A stretch of 64,000 nt of DNA from Dehalococcoidia bacterium (GTDB lineage Bacteria; Chloroflexota; Dehalococcoidia; Lucifugimonadales; JAAXIE01): assembly GCA_965204245.1 (NCBI GenBank), contig CBDBED010000007.1, positions 119,535 to 183,534 of the forward strand. The letters are read 5' to 3'. A program made the translations under genes and the position numbers. Shown here piece by piece: positions 1 through 8,636 of this stretch; within the stretch, counting starts at the first letter, position 1; every line of letters starts with the position of its first letter. The notes under the pieces were generated by a model that did not search any database, was not told the DNA's origin, and saw only the letters and a program-made list of their open reading frames with translations.

Positions 1-1
1 A

Positions 2-595
2 AGGAAGGCAGCCTTCAGGCAGCCTCAGAGTACCGATGTCCGTGCAAGTCCCCTTATGGAGGACTTTAGCAATCTAGGCATGTTTCTGAGCCGATTGAGA
101 CAAGACCCTAGAACTAAAGCCCGGCTAATTGAATGCCTCTCGGACAATTACGAAGGCCTTAATGACTTCGAATTGAATTTCGAGGGTGGCTCAGTTCAGG
201 TGTTCTTCACTGAAGGCGAGCTTGCGGTGCCAGCATCACGCCTATCCGATGGCAGCCTAAAGTACCTTTGTCTGCTGGCCATCCTGTTGGATCCAGACCC
301 GCCTAACCTCGTCTGTATAGAGGAGCCGGAGACTGGAATGCATCCCGACCTCATACCTAAGATAACGGACCTCCTGATAGACGCATCCCAAAGGTGTCAG
401 TTGGTAGTAACAACGCACTCCGACATACTAGTGGGTGCACTCTCTGAGCGTGCGAACGCCGTAGTCGTGTGCGAAAAGCACGATGGCCAGACCACCATGT
501 CCCGCCTTGCCTCAGATGACCTTGTGAATTGGCTGAAGAGGTATAGCCTTGGAGACTTATGGACTAGAGGAGAGTTGGGCGGAGTCCGGTGGTAA
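2..595 (+). CDS. AAA/ABC-type ATPase, C-terminal part (5' end lies outside the window)
   Basis: The frame is open from nt 2 to the TAA at 593-595. The product carries an ABC-signature-like LSDGSLKYL, Walker B LVCIEEPETGMHP and H-loop VVTTHSD. The stop overlaps the GTG of the next ORF (GTGGTAA), which suggests translational coupling. Confidence 0.75.
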   Translation, partial: RKAAFRQPQSTDVRASPLMEDFSNLGMFLSRLRQDPRTKARLIECLSDNYEGLNDFELNFEGGSVQVFFTEGELAVPASRLSDGSLKYLCLLAILLDPDPPNLVCIEEPETGMHPDLIPKITDLLIDASQRCQLVVTTHSDILVGALSERANAVVVCEKHDGQTTMSRLASDDLVNWLKRYSLGDLWTRGELGGVRW

Positions 596-1191
596 AGGCC
601 CACATTTACTTAGAGGGCGGTGGTGACTCCAAGGATGGCAAGTCTCGTTGCCGCGAAGGTTTCCGCAAACTCTTGCAGAAGTGCGGTTTTGCGGGGCGAA
701 TGCCGAAGCTAATCGCCTGCGGTGGCCGCGATGCAGCTTATGATGACTTCAAGACACGCCACCTTGAATCGGGTGATGTGAAGTTCATCGCCCTCCTTGT
801 AGATAGTGAGGATACGGTTCAAGACAAAAGTAGGCCGTGGGACCATCTCTCCCAGAGGGACAATTGGATCCAACCTCCAAGAGCTTCCGACGACCAGGTT
901 TTTCTCATGACCACCTGCATGGAAACGTGGATTGCCTCTGACCGCAATACTTTATTGGGACATTTCGGTCACTGTCTCCAATCCAATGCCCTTCCCCCTC
1001 TGCACAACCTCGAAGGACGCCTAAGGCAGGATGTCGAGCGTCAGTTGCGCCACGCTACACGCGAATGCGATGCACCCTATGAGAAGGGCCCGAAATCCTT
1101 CGACTTATTGGGCAAGCTAGACCCAACTGCCATGCAGCCCAATCTCCCTAGTTTTGTGCGGATGAGAGAGATACTGGATGGCAAGCTATGA
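589..1191 (+). CDS. DUF4276-family protein (usual partner of AAA_15/AAA_21-type ATPases)
   Basis: 200-aa ORF whose GTG start overlaps the upstream stop. Motifs IYLEGGGDS, ALLVDSED, MTTCMETWI and APYEKG match my recollection of DUF4276. The family call is from memory, not a search. Confidence 0.65.
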   Translation: MVKAHIYLEGGGDSKDGKSRCREGFRKLLQKCGFAGRMPKLIACGGRDAAYDDFKTRHLESGDVKFIALLVDSEDTVQDKSRPWDHLSQRDNWIQPPRASDDQVFLMTTCMETWIASDRNTLLGHFGHCLQSNALPPLHNLEGRLRQDVERQLRHATRECDAPYEKGPKSFDLLGKLDPTAMQPNLPSFVRMREILDGKL

Positions 1192-1323
1192 TCGAGCGGA
1201 GTGTCTTGACGCTCCGGTCTGTCCAGTGTATGACTACCCCAAGCGCCCGCGCTGGCGCGATAGTCCCCCTGAATACTGCTACTCAAAAGGTACTCCAACC
1301 CAGAAATAGAGGAGGACGGGGCA

Positions 1324-2163
1324 ATGATGGTAATGGGTTATGACGAAGAGCGTTTGTTGCTGGTTCTTCAAATCGACCACTCGCGGGTGGCCGGGCTACT
1401 CGCTGCGCACTGGGGCAACGACCAGTTCGACCGGCCCCGCCCATACTCGTCCATGGTCTTGGCGGCGCAGGAACACGACAACGGCTGGTATGACTGGGAG
1501 ATTCGACCGACCCTCAGCCGCGAAGGACACCCACTGGACTACATCGGCAGCATGGGGCACATGGGCAGCATATGGCTGGACTTCCAGCGTGGCGGCATCG
1601 AGCGGGTTGCCGCGCAAGACCCTTATGCAGGGTACATCGCTTCGATGCACATATCGGGACTGCTGAACCAAGGCATGGGGCTTCTGCCATATATGCCCGA
1701 CTACACGGGCAACCAGGATGTGGAGACCTATCTGGAGCAGCAGACACAATACCGGCATGGGCTTCTGCAGGACATCAGAAGCACGGATGAGACTGCGGAG
1801 GAGGCCACCGACGACCACCTCTGGAACAACTTCAAACTGATGGAAGTCTACGACCAGATGGCCCAGTTCATCTGCAACCGCTATCCGTTCAACAACACCG
1901 AGCGCAAGAACGGGCCCTCGCCTGCACTCAGCGGCACCCCGGCCCCCACAAAGGTGGGCTTAGAAGACGTTGGGATGGCCTTAGAGATACAGGATGAGAA
2001 CCACGCCATCGTGCGCCCCTATCCCTTCGACGTCGACCCGCTGGAGATAACATTCCAAGGGCGCTTGGTCCCGCGTGGCCCCTATGCCAGCCGTGACGAC
2101 TTCCTAGCCGAGTTCTACATCGGCGAGCGGATCGGCATCAGCTACACGCTGACTTCCGGATAA
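1324..2163 (+). CDS. DUF3891-like hypothetical protein
   Basis: 279-aa ORF with GAGGAGGA 7 nt upstream of the ATG. The N-terminal LQIDHSRVAGLLAAHWGN resembles the DUF3891 family signature. Function unknown. Confidence 0.55.
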   Translation: MMVMGYDEERLLLVLQIDHSRVAGLLAAHWGNDQFDRPRPYSSMVLAAQEHDNGWYDWEIRPTLSREGHPLDYIGSMGHMGSIWLDFQRGGIERVAAQDPYAGYIASMHISGLLNQGMGLLPYMPDYTGNQDVETYLEQQTQYRHGLLQDIRSTDETAEEATDDHLWNNFKLMEVYDQMAQFICNRYPFNNTERKNGPSPALSGTPAPTKVGLEDVGMALEIQDENHAIVRPYPFDVDPLEITFQGRLVPRGPYASRDDFLAEFYIGERIGISYTLTSG

Positions 2164-2198
2164 TGGCATCCGGATAGTAGCGCCCACCTAAAGCGAGG

Positions 2199-3047
2199 CT
2201 ATTTCAAAAGCAGATTGGCGGTCTTCTCCAGCTCCTCGCCCATTGCCTCATCGGTGTGATGGGTCGGGGGGCTGATAATCACGCGGTCTGCTCCAGCGTT
2301 CAGGAAGCCTTGCACCAAGTCGGCATCGGCGGGCTGGCCGAACACCGAGATGTTGATGGAGGCGGGGTCTCGTCCCATCTCCCCAGCCAGCACGTCGATC
2401 TCCCGCCGGGCCTCCTCGATGCGGGCTGCCGTCACACGGTTGGGCATCCAGCCGTCGGCCCAACCGACGACGCGTTTCAGCACATTGGAGGCCATGCCTC
2501 CCAGATACACGGGTGGGTGCGGCTTCTGCATCGGCTTGGGGTAGACCTTCACTGGCGGGAAGTCGTAGTACCGCCCGTGATATTCCGCCTCATCCTTCGT
2601 CCAGAGTTCCTTCAGGGCGGCGATGGAGTCGCGGGCCTGCGTCCAGCGATGGTCGAAATCCCCGCCCATCAACTGGGTCTCTTCCCGTAGCCAGCCCGTC
2701 CCGATGCCGAAGATGAAGCGCCCCTTGCTGAACACATCCAGCGTGGAGATCTCTTTCGCCATCAGCAATGGGTTGCGCTCGGTGATAAGGGTGATGCTCG
2801 TGCCGAGCTTGATGTTTGTCGTGGCTCCCGACGCCCTCGCCAAGGCAATAAACGGGTCGACGAAATGAGCATACACCTCGGGTATCTCGCCACTCTCGTT
2901 GCCGGGGAACCGGCTGGTGGTATGCACAGGCATGATCGGATGCTCGGCGCACCAGATGGACTCAAACCCCAATTCCTCGGCCTTTCGCGCTATGAAGGCA
3001 GGGTCGACGTAGTAGGCCGGTATGGGCATATACACGCCAATGCTCAT
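2199..3047 (-). CDS. LLM-class (luciferase-like) F420/flavin-dependent oxidoreductase
   Basis: 282-aa ORF with GGAGAG upstream. The N-terminal AEELGFESIWCAEH and GRFIFGIGTGW motifs are typical of luciferase-like monooxygenase family proteins. Confidence 0.85.
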   Translation of the reverse strand: MSIGVYMPIPAYYVDPAFIARKAEELGFESIWCAEHPIMPVHTTSRFPGNESGEIPEVYAHFVDPFIALARASGATTNIKLGTSITLITERNPLLMAKEISTLDVFSKGRFIFGIGTGWLREETQLMGGDFDHRWTQARDSIAALKELWTKDEAEYHGRYYDFPPVKVYPKPMQKPHPPVYLGGMASNVLKRVVGWADGWMPNRVTAARIEEARREIDVLAGEMGRDPASINISVFGQPADADLVQGFLNAGADRVIISPPTHHTDEAMGEELEKTANLLLK

Positions 3048-3126
3048 GTTCTCTCTCCTTCTTTAGCGAGGGCTCCATCTTTAGCAAGGGCTCCATCCCA
3101 GGGCAAAACCTCTTGTTGCGAAGGAC

Positions 3127-3393
3127 CTAAGTCCATGGACCAAGCACTCTCAGGATAAGAGCCGTGAGACCGACGGCTGCAGTCAGACCCCCGATCACTG
3201 CACCGACCGTCCATCGAATGAGATCTGCCTTCATGTGGGCCATATCGGCGCGCATATGGGCCATATCGGCGCGCATGTTGCCCATCTCCGTTTGCATGTC
3301 GGACCTTAAGTTCGCGACGTCTTCCTTAGTGGCCAAGTGCTCGTAAGTAGCCTCTAGACGAGTGACTCTGGCGTTAAGGTCATCAGTTGTCAT
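3127..3393 (-). CDS. small C-terminally membrane-anchored coiled-coil protein (hypothetical)
   Basis: 88-aa ORF with GGAGAAAGG upstream. The N-terminal part is heptad-like with a repeated MRADMAH. The C-terminal hydrophobic helix is WTVGAVIGGLTAAVGLTALILRVL. Confidence 0.6.
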   Translation of the reverse strand: MTTDDLNARVTRLEATYEHLATKEDVANLRSDMQTEMGNMRADMAHMRADMAHMKADLIRWTVGAVIGGLTAAVGLTALILRVLGPWT

Positions 3394-3486
3394 TCACCTT
3401 TCTCCCAGTGCCGGGGGTCATAGTCTCAGTCTCAACAGTGTATACCATCCCAAACTCGCATTCGCCACCTCCATACAATCGATTTC

Positions 3487-3515
3487 TTGACTGGGAACAT
3501 GGCGGACTATAGGAT
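3487..3515 (+). promoter_or_regulatory. candidate sigma70-type promoter for the LigB-like/SDR/CinA-domain gene string
   Basis: TTGACT (3487-3492), a 17-nt spacer, then TAGGAT (3510-3515), about 45 nt upstream of the ATG at 3562. Confidence 0.35.
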
Positions 3516-3561
3516 TCGGCCTACCGCCTCATACACATGCCACCTACTTAGGAGTATTCAA

Positions 3562-4611
3562 ATGGCAGAGATAGTGCTGGGAATCGGGACATCCCACAGT
3601 CCCACCCTGAGCCTCACACCGGACTTGCTGCCGGTGTACGCGGAGCGCGACCGCACCAACCCCATGCTCTCGGCTCCGCCCGACGGCAAGGTCCTAACCT
3701 ACGAGGAACTGCTGGAGGTGGCCGACCCGTCCATTTCAGACCGGGTCAACGATGACCTATTCCGCCAGCACCATGAGGTCATACAGCGGGACATCGCTGA
3801 GTTGGGCCGGACCTTGGAAGAAGCCAACCCCGACACCGTCATTATCGTCGGAGACGACCAGGAGGAGCTTTTCTTCGATGACAACATGCCCAGCCTCTCC
3901 ATCTACTGGGGGGAGAACATACGACTGATCCCTCGTGGGGCCAACGCCCCGGACCCGGCTATCAGGGCCTGCTCTTGGGGTTATGGCGATGTCGAGATGG
4001 ACGTGCCGGTTGACGCCGAGCTTGGGCTGCACCTCATCAATTCCCTCATCGACGCCGACTTCGACGTCGGGCACTGCCGTTACCTAAAGGAGGAATCCGG
4101 AGGCCATGTGGGCGCCTCCGGCTACCTGCCCAACTTTAACCGCACCACTGAGCCCCGGCGTCAAGGCATGCCCCACGCCTATGCCTTCGTGGTCAAGCGC
4201 CTCATGAACAACAACCCCAAGCCCATCGTGCCCATCATCCAGAACACTTTCTATCCGCCCAACATCGTCACCCCCCGCCGCTGTTACAACCTTGGCCAAG
4301 CCATAAAGAACGCCGTCGAGGCTTGGGACAGCGACAAGCAGGTGGCAATCGTCGGGTCCGGCGGCCTCAGCCACTTTGTGGTGGATGAGGAAATCGACTG
4401 GATGGCCCTTGATGCCATGAAGAACAAGGACGCGGATGCACTGCGCTCTCTGCCCCGCAACCGCCTCTGGGGTGGAAACTCGGAGACCATGAACTGGGTG
4501 GCTGCCGCTGGCGCGGTTGAACATCTGGAGTTCGAGTTGCTGGATTACGTGCCCGTCTACCGGACACCGGCAGGGACCGGCGGAGGCTGGGGTTTCGCCC
4601 GCTGGGCCTAG
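3562..4611 (+). CDS. class III (LigB-type) extradiol ring-cleavage dioxygenase family protein
   Basis: I chose the ATG at 3562, preceded by AGGAG 7 nt upstream, over the TTG at 3487 in the ORF track. The N-terminus IVLGIGTSHSP and GSGGLSHF are typical of LigB/protocatechuate 4,5-dioxygenase-like proteins. It is a paralogue of 35408..36469. Confidence 0.8.
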   Translation: MAEIVLGIGTSHSPTLSLTPDLLPVYAERDRTNPMLSAPPDGKVLTYEELLEVADPSISDRVNDDLFRQHHEVIQRDIAELGRTLEEANPDTVIIVGDDQEELFFDDNMPSLSIYWGENIRLIPRGANAPDPAIRACSWGYGDVEMDVPVDAELGLHLINSLIDADFDVGHCRYLKEESGGHVGASGYLPNFNRTTEPRRQGMPHAYAFVVKRLMNNNPKPIVPIIQNTFYPPNIVTPRRCYNLGQAIKNAVEAWDSDKQVAIVGSGGLSHFVVDEEIDWMALDAMKNKDADALRSLPRNRLWGGNSETMNWVAAAGAVEHLEFELLDYVPVYRTPAGTGGGWGFARWA

Positions 4612-4657
4612 CCCATGTGCCCTGATGACAAGCGATCAGTCGAAGGAGTAGCAAGAT

Positions 4658-5461
4658 ATGGGTTGGCTTGATGGAAGAGTAGCTTTGGTCACTGGCGGCG
4701 GCTCGGGCATAGGCCGGGCAGTGGTGCAACGGTACATTGAGGAAGGCGCGCGGGTGGCAGTCCTTGAGAAAGTGGCCGACCGCCTCGACCAATTGAAGAA
4801 TGACTTCGGTGAATCGGTCTACCCCATCCAGGGAGATGTCACCCTTCTTGAAGACAATCAGCGGGCCGCAGATGACACCGCTAGGGCATTCGGCAAGCTG
4901 GATATCTTCGTGGGCAATGCCGGCGTGGTGGACGGTTTCGTCTCCTTCGTGGACATACCCAACGAGCGCTTGAACGACGCGTTCGACGAGCAGTTCGCCG
5001 TCAACGTGAAGGGGGCCTTTTTCGGGGCCAAGGCGACCATCCCGCACCTGATGGACAGCGAAGGTTGCATGGTGTTCACCGCCTCCGGGGCTGGCTTCCA
5101 GTCAGCAGGGGGCGGAGCCCTGTACACCGCCACCAAGCACGCTGTGGTTGGATTGATCCGCCAATTGGCGGTGGAGCTTGCTCCCCAGATCAGGGTCAAC
5201 GGGGTCGCCCCCGGCGGCACCATGACCGACCTGCGTGGGTTGGAAACCTTGGGACAGCACCAAGAGTCCTCTTTCTCCCGACCCGGCGCCGCTGACCGGA
5301 TTGCGGCGAACTCGCCGCTGCAGATGGCCATCGACCCGTGGGATTTGTCAGCCACCTATCTGCTGCTGGCCTCCAAGGAAAACGCCCGGGCCATCACCGG
5401 TACCATCATAGGTGTGGACACCGGTACGCTACTGCGCCCATGGAACCGCAGCCGGGCGTAG
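4658..5461 (+). CDS. short-chain dehydrogenase/reductase, cis-dihydrodiol dehydrogenase (BphB/HcaB)-like
   Basis: Motifs TGGGSGIG (cofactor binding), NAG and YTATKHAV (YxxxK). GAAGGAG lies upstream of the ATG. Confidence 0.85.
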   Translation: MGWLDGRVALVTGGGSGIGRAVVQRYIEEGARVAVLEKVADRLDQLKNDFGESVYPIQGDVTLLEDNQRAADDTARAFGKLDIFVGNAGVVDGFVSFVDIPNERLNDAFDEQFAVNVKGAFFGAKATIPHLMDSEGCMVFTASGAGFQSAGGGALYTATKHAVVGLIRQLAVELAPQIRVNGVAPGGTMTDLRGLETLGQHQESSFSRPGAADRIAANSPLQMAIDPWDLSATYLLLASKENARAITGTIIGVDTGTLLRPWNRSRA

Positions 5462-5520
5462 AGCCCGCAAGAATTTGGACAAACCGCCTCAGCTTAATCA
5501 AGACCAGAAAAGGGAGAAAC

Positions 5521-6009
5521 ATGCCAGACTTGGAATCAATGGCCACCTCCGTAGCAGCAGCCCTCAGGGAGCGCCAGCACACGGTATCGGTCTCCGAGTC
5601 TTCGGGAGGCGGTCTTATTTCGGCGTGCCTCGTGGCGATTGCCGGGGCATCCGACTATTACGTGGGCGGGGTCGTGTCCTACACCCGGGCAGCACAGAAG
5701 GGGTTCATGCACGTACCGGACGAGGCGATGCAGGGCATCCGCGCCAGCACCGAGGCATACGCCCTGCTCAACGCCCGCGCCCTGCTGGACGCAGTGGGCA
5801 CCACATGGGCCCTGAGCGAGACAGGGGCCAGCGGCCCCACCGGCAACCGCTACGGGGACTCCGCAGGCCACGCCTGCATCGCAGTTTCCGGCCCCGTGGA
5901 GAAGAGCATCACCATAGAGACGGGCGACGACAACCGCGAGGCGAATATGTGGGTCTTCGCCCGTCATGCCCTGGATTTGCTGGAGCAGTGCATCCGGGAA
6001 GCACCGTAG
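5521..6009 (+). CDS. CinA C-terminal domain / PncC-like nicotinamide-nucleotide amidohydrolase family protein
   Basis: The ATG at 5521 follows AAAGGGAGAAAC. The SVSESSGGGLISACL and YYVGGVVSY motifs are typical of the CinA/PncC domain. Confidence 0.8.
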   Translation: MPDLESMATSVAAALRERQHTVSVSESSGGGLISACLVAIAGASDYYVGGVVSYTRAAQKGFMHVPDEAMQGIRASTEAYALLNARALLDAVGTTWALSETGASGPTGNRYGDSAGHACIAVSGPVEKSITIETGDDNREANMWVFARHALDLLEQCIREAP

Positions 6010-6120
6010 CCCGATATCTCCTCTAAGAGGAAGAGGCAATCCTCCCTGAAGGGCAGGGCCTTACTCGACCCGTGCTATACTCGTTTCACAGCCCCATGTG
6101 TAGCCTCCGGAGGCTTTCTC

Positions 6121-6882
6121 ATGACTACCCCTAATCACGGGATGTCGCCTGCTTCCACGGTCGAAATCCCTTGGTACGACCTGATAGGCGACCCTGAACC
6201 ACCGGAAGACGGTTTGCAACAAGAAGAGACGATTCTCAATCTCATGTCCATTCTAAAGGTGCGCTACGAGGGCGACCCCACCGTCCTATGCGTTAATCAG
6301 ACCTTCGTCATCTACGACTCCAACGTGCCAGGCTCGTTCCTCGCCCCCGACGGCTTCATCGTCTTTGGCGTCGAGGACGCCAAGCACATCCAGCGAATCC
6401 GCAACAGCTACCGGATAGACGAATGGGGCCCCTCACCTTCATTCGTTTTCGAAGTCGCGTCGCCGAGTACTGCACGACGAGACCTCGATGAGAAGCGGCA
6501 AACCTATGCCCGGATGAACGCCCAAGAATATTGGCGTCTCGACCGCGACGGCGAATACTATGGTGAGCCTTTAGTTGGGGAGCGATTAGTCAACGGAGAA
6601 TACCAGCGCTTCCAGTTGAACACCGACGCCAATGGCGATCTGTGGTCACGCAGCGAGGTACTCGGAGTGGACTTCGTTTATCGCATGGAAGACGGAATGG
6701 GGAGGTTCCTGCTGCGAGACAGCGTTACCGGTGAATGGCTGAACACGCTGGGTGAGGAGCGCGCCGCCAGACAGGAGGCGGAAGAGCAGGCACACCGCGA
6801 AGCACAACTACGTGAGGAAGCGGAGATTCGGCTGCGCGAACTAGAAGCTGAGATAGAGCGCCTGCGCAGCCAGCAGACCTGA
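6121..6882 (+). CDS. Uma2-family (DUF820) endonuclease with C-terminal charged coiled-coil tail
   Basis: LAPDGFIVFG, YRIDEWGPSPSFVFEVASPST and YARMNAQEYWRLD match the PD-(D/E)XK core of the Uma2 family. It is a paralogue of 55413..56183. Confidence 0.8.
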   Translation: MTTPNHGMSPASTVEIPWYDLIGDPEPPEDGLQQEETILNLMSILKVRYEGDPTVLCVNQTFVIYDSNVPGSFLAPDGFIVFGVEDAKHIQRIRNSYRIDEWGPSPSFVFEVASPSTARRDLDEKRQTYARMNAQEYWRLDRDGEYYGEPLVGERLVNGEYQRFQLNTDANGDLWSRSEVLGVDFVYRMEDGMGRFLLRDSVTGEWLNTLGEERAARQEAEEQAHREAQLREEAEIRLRELEAEIERLRSQQT

Positions 6883-7117
6883 TGCCTAGTGCCTGCGTCT
6901 CTGCCAGACGAACCGCTGCTTCAACCCAGCGGACTTACCCTGCTCCCGGTTGACTCTGTTCACGAAGTCCTCAGCAGACTCCTCTGGCTTTTCCTTCTTG
7001 GGCTTCTTCTTCACCATGGATGACATCCTTCCAGCCCGGTGCGTTGGCCCCGTAGCTCATGCACACGACGTTTATCGTCGCCCATTATAGTACAAACTCA
7101 ACGGGAAGCGCGATTCG

Positions 7118-7147
7118 TTGACACCACCCTTAGCGCGGTCATACGCT
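7118..7147 (+). promoter_or_regulatory. candidate promoter upstream of the tandem Rieske oxygenase genes
   Basis: Exact TTGACA (7118-7123), an 18-nt spacer, then TACGCT (7142-7147), about 60 nt upstream of the GTG at 7207. Confidence 0.35.
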
Positions 7148-7206
7148 TGGCCCGGCGAGAACGTGGACTGCCAGCCCAGTAGCCCAGCCCAGAATAGGAG
7201 GCCACC

Positions 7207-8577
7207 GTGCTCACAGCCGAAGAAAACGAGATGATCACCAAGGTCGGCCCTGATACCCCTATGGGCAAGGTGATGCGGGAGCACTGGGTTCCTGCCTTCA
7301 TGAGCTCGGAACTGGACGGGCCGGACGGCTCCCCTCTCCGGGTGCGTCTATTGGGCGAGAATCTCATCGCCTTTCGCAGCACCTCGGGCAAGATTGGCCT
7401 GCTGGCCCACAACTGCCCCCATCGCGGTGCCTCCCTGTATTTCGGGCGCAACGAGGAAGAGGGCCTGCGCTGCGTTTATCACGGCTGGAAGTTTGACGTG
7501 GAGGGACGCTGTCTCGACATGCCGGCTGAGCCGCCTGAGAGCGACTTCAAGGACAAGGTGCGGGCCACGGCGTACCCCACTCGCGAGCGCAATGGAGTCG
7601 TGTGGGCGTACATGGGACCACGTGCTGAGCCTCCACTCCTGCCCGACCTCGAACCCAACATGCTGGATGGCGAGGCCTATATCTGGACGGCCCTGCGAGA
7701 GTGCAATTGGGTACAAGCCTTGGAGGGGGATATCGACCACGCCCATGTGGCTTTCATGCACCTTGGCAAGGTGTCGCCCGAGGATGTGGAAGCAGGGAGC
7801 TTCGACTACTACACGGTGCAAGACCGGCAGCCTCGATACAAGGTCATGGATACCGAAGCGGGCACCTCGTACGCGGCCTACCGGCCTGCCGACAACGACC
7901 AGTATTATTGGCGCATGGCCCACTTCCTGTTCCCCTTCTACACCTACATACCCACCGGCATTCTGGGCGTACAGATACTGGTGCAGATCTGGGTACCCGT
8001 GGACGACAACCACACCATGTTCTGGCACATCTCCAAGCCGGTTGACCGAGACACCGCCGAACAGACGGGCAGCACCACCTTGGTGGGCAGCAGCAACATC
8101 GTAGGCAGTTCAGGCGGTCCGCGCTTCCTTCCCAACACCACGGGATGGCTGGGACGGTGGCGACTGGCCGACAACTTCGGAAACGACTACCACATCGACC
8201 GCGAGACTCAGAAAAGCAGCAGCTTCACCGGGATCGACGGCGTCAACCTACAGGACCAAGCCATCACTGAGAGCATGGGCAGCATCGTGGACCGCACCAA
8301 TGAGAACCTGGGCACCGGCGACCTGATGATCGCCCGCACCCGCCGTCGGATGCTCCAAGCGTGCCGGGACATGATGGAAGGCGCTCCGCCTCCCACGGTG
8401 GACAAGCCGGAGCTATACCGCACCCGCTCCGGGGGAATACTTCTGCCTCGCTCCGTCGACTGGTGGGAGGGTACTGCCCACTTGCGCGAGGCTTTCGTCG
8501 AGCACCCTGAACTGGCCGGGCTTAGCGACGAACTGATATTCCTGACAGGCACGGGGTTTGGTCCATCGCGGGGATAA
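7207..8577 (+). CDS. Rieske [2Fe-2S] non-haem-iron aromatic-ring-hydroxylating oxygenase, alpha subunit (phthalate/KshA-type family)
   Basis: Rieske motif CPHRGASLYFGRNEEEGLRCVYHGW, and mononuclear-iron motif EGDIDHAHVAFMH. AGGAGG lies upstream of the GTG. Confidence 0.9.
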   Translation: MLTAEENEMITKVGPDTPMGKVMREHWVPAFMSSELDGPDGSPLRVRLLGENLIAFRSTSGKIGLLAHNCPHRGASLYFGRNEEEGLRCVYHGWKFDVEGRCLDMPAEPPESDFKDKVRATAYPTRERNGVVWAYMGPRAEPPLLPDLEPNMLDGEAYIWTALRECNWVQALEGDIDHAHVAFMHLGKVSPEDVEAGSFDYYTVQDRQPRYKVMDTEAGTSYAAYRPADNDQYYWRMAHFLFPFYTYIPTGILGVQILVQIWVPVDDNHTMFWHISKPVDRDTAEQTGSTTLVGSSNIVGSSGGPRFLPNTTGWLGRWRLADNFGNDYHIDRETQKSSSFTGIDGVNLQDQAITESMGSIVDRTNENLGTGDLMIARTRRRMLQACRDMMEGAPPPTVDKPELYRTRSGGILLPRSVDWWEGTAHLREAFVEHPELAGLSDELIFLTGTGFGPSRG

Positions 8578-8636
8578 CGGGAGATCGGCCTTCCTAAGCT
8601 ATCAGCCCTTCCCAAGCCATCAGAAGGAGAGCGCCA

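Noticed and set aside
3487-3561. Upstream TTG start of the LigB-like gene as given in the ORF track. The same issue arises with upstream extensions at 5338, 12451, 25808, 34274, 38249, 39230, 47721, 52150 and 61869.
   Set aside because: In each case an internal ATG with a good Shine-Dalgarno sequence coincides with the start of the conserved domain or follows the upstream gene's stop. The extensions encode low-complexity or Arg-rich sequence.
6886-7017. 43-aa Lys-rich minus-strand ORF (MVKKKPKKEKPEESAEDFVNRVNREQGKSAGLKQRFVWQRRRH), convergent with Uma2.
   Set aside because: It is below any reliable length. It has only a weak RBS-like GGAAGGA and no recognisable family. I did not report it as a feature.
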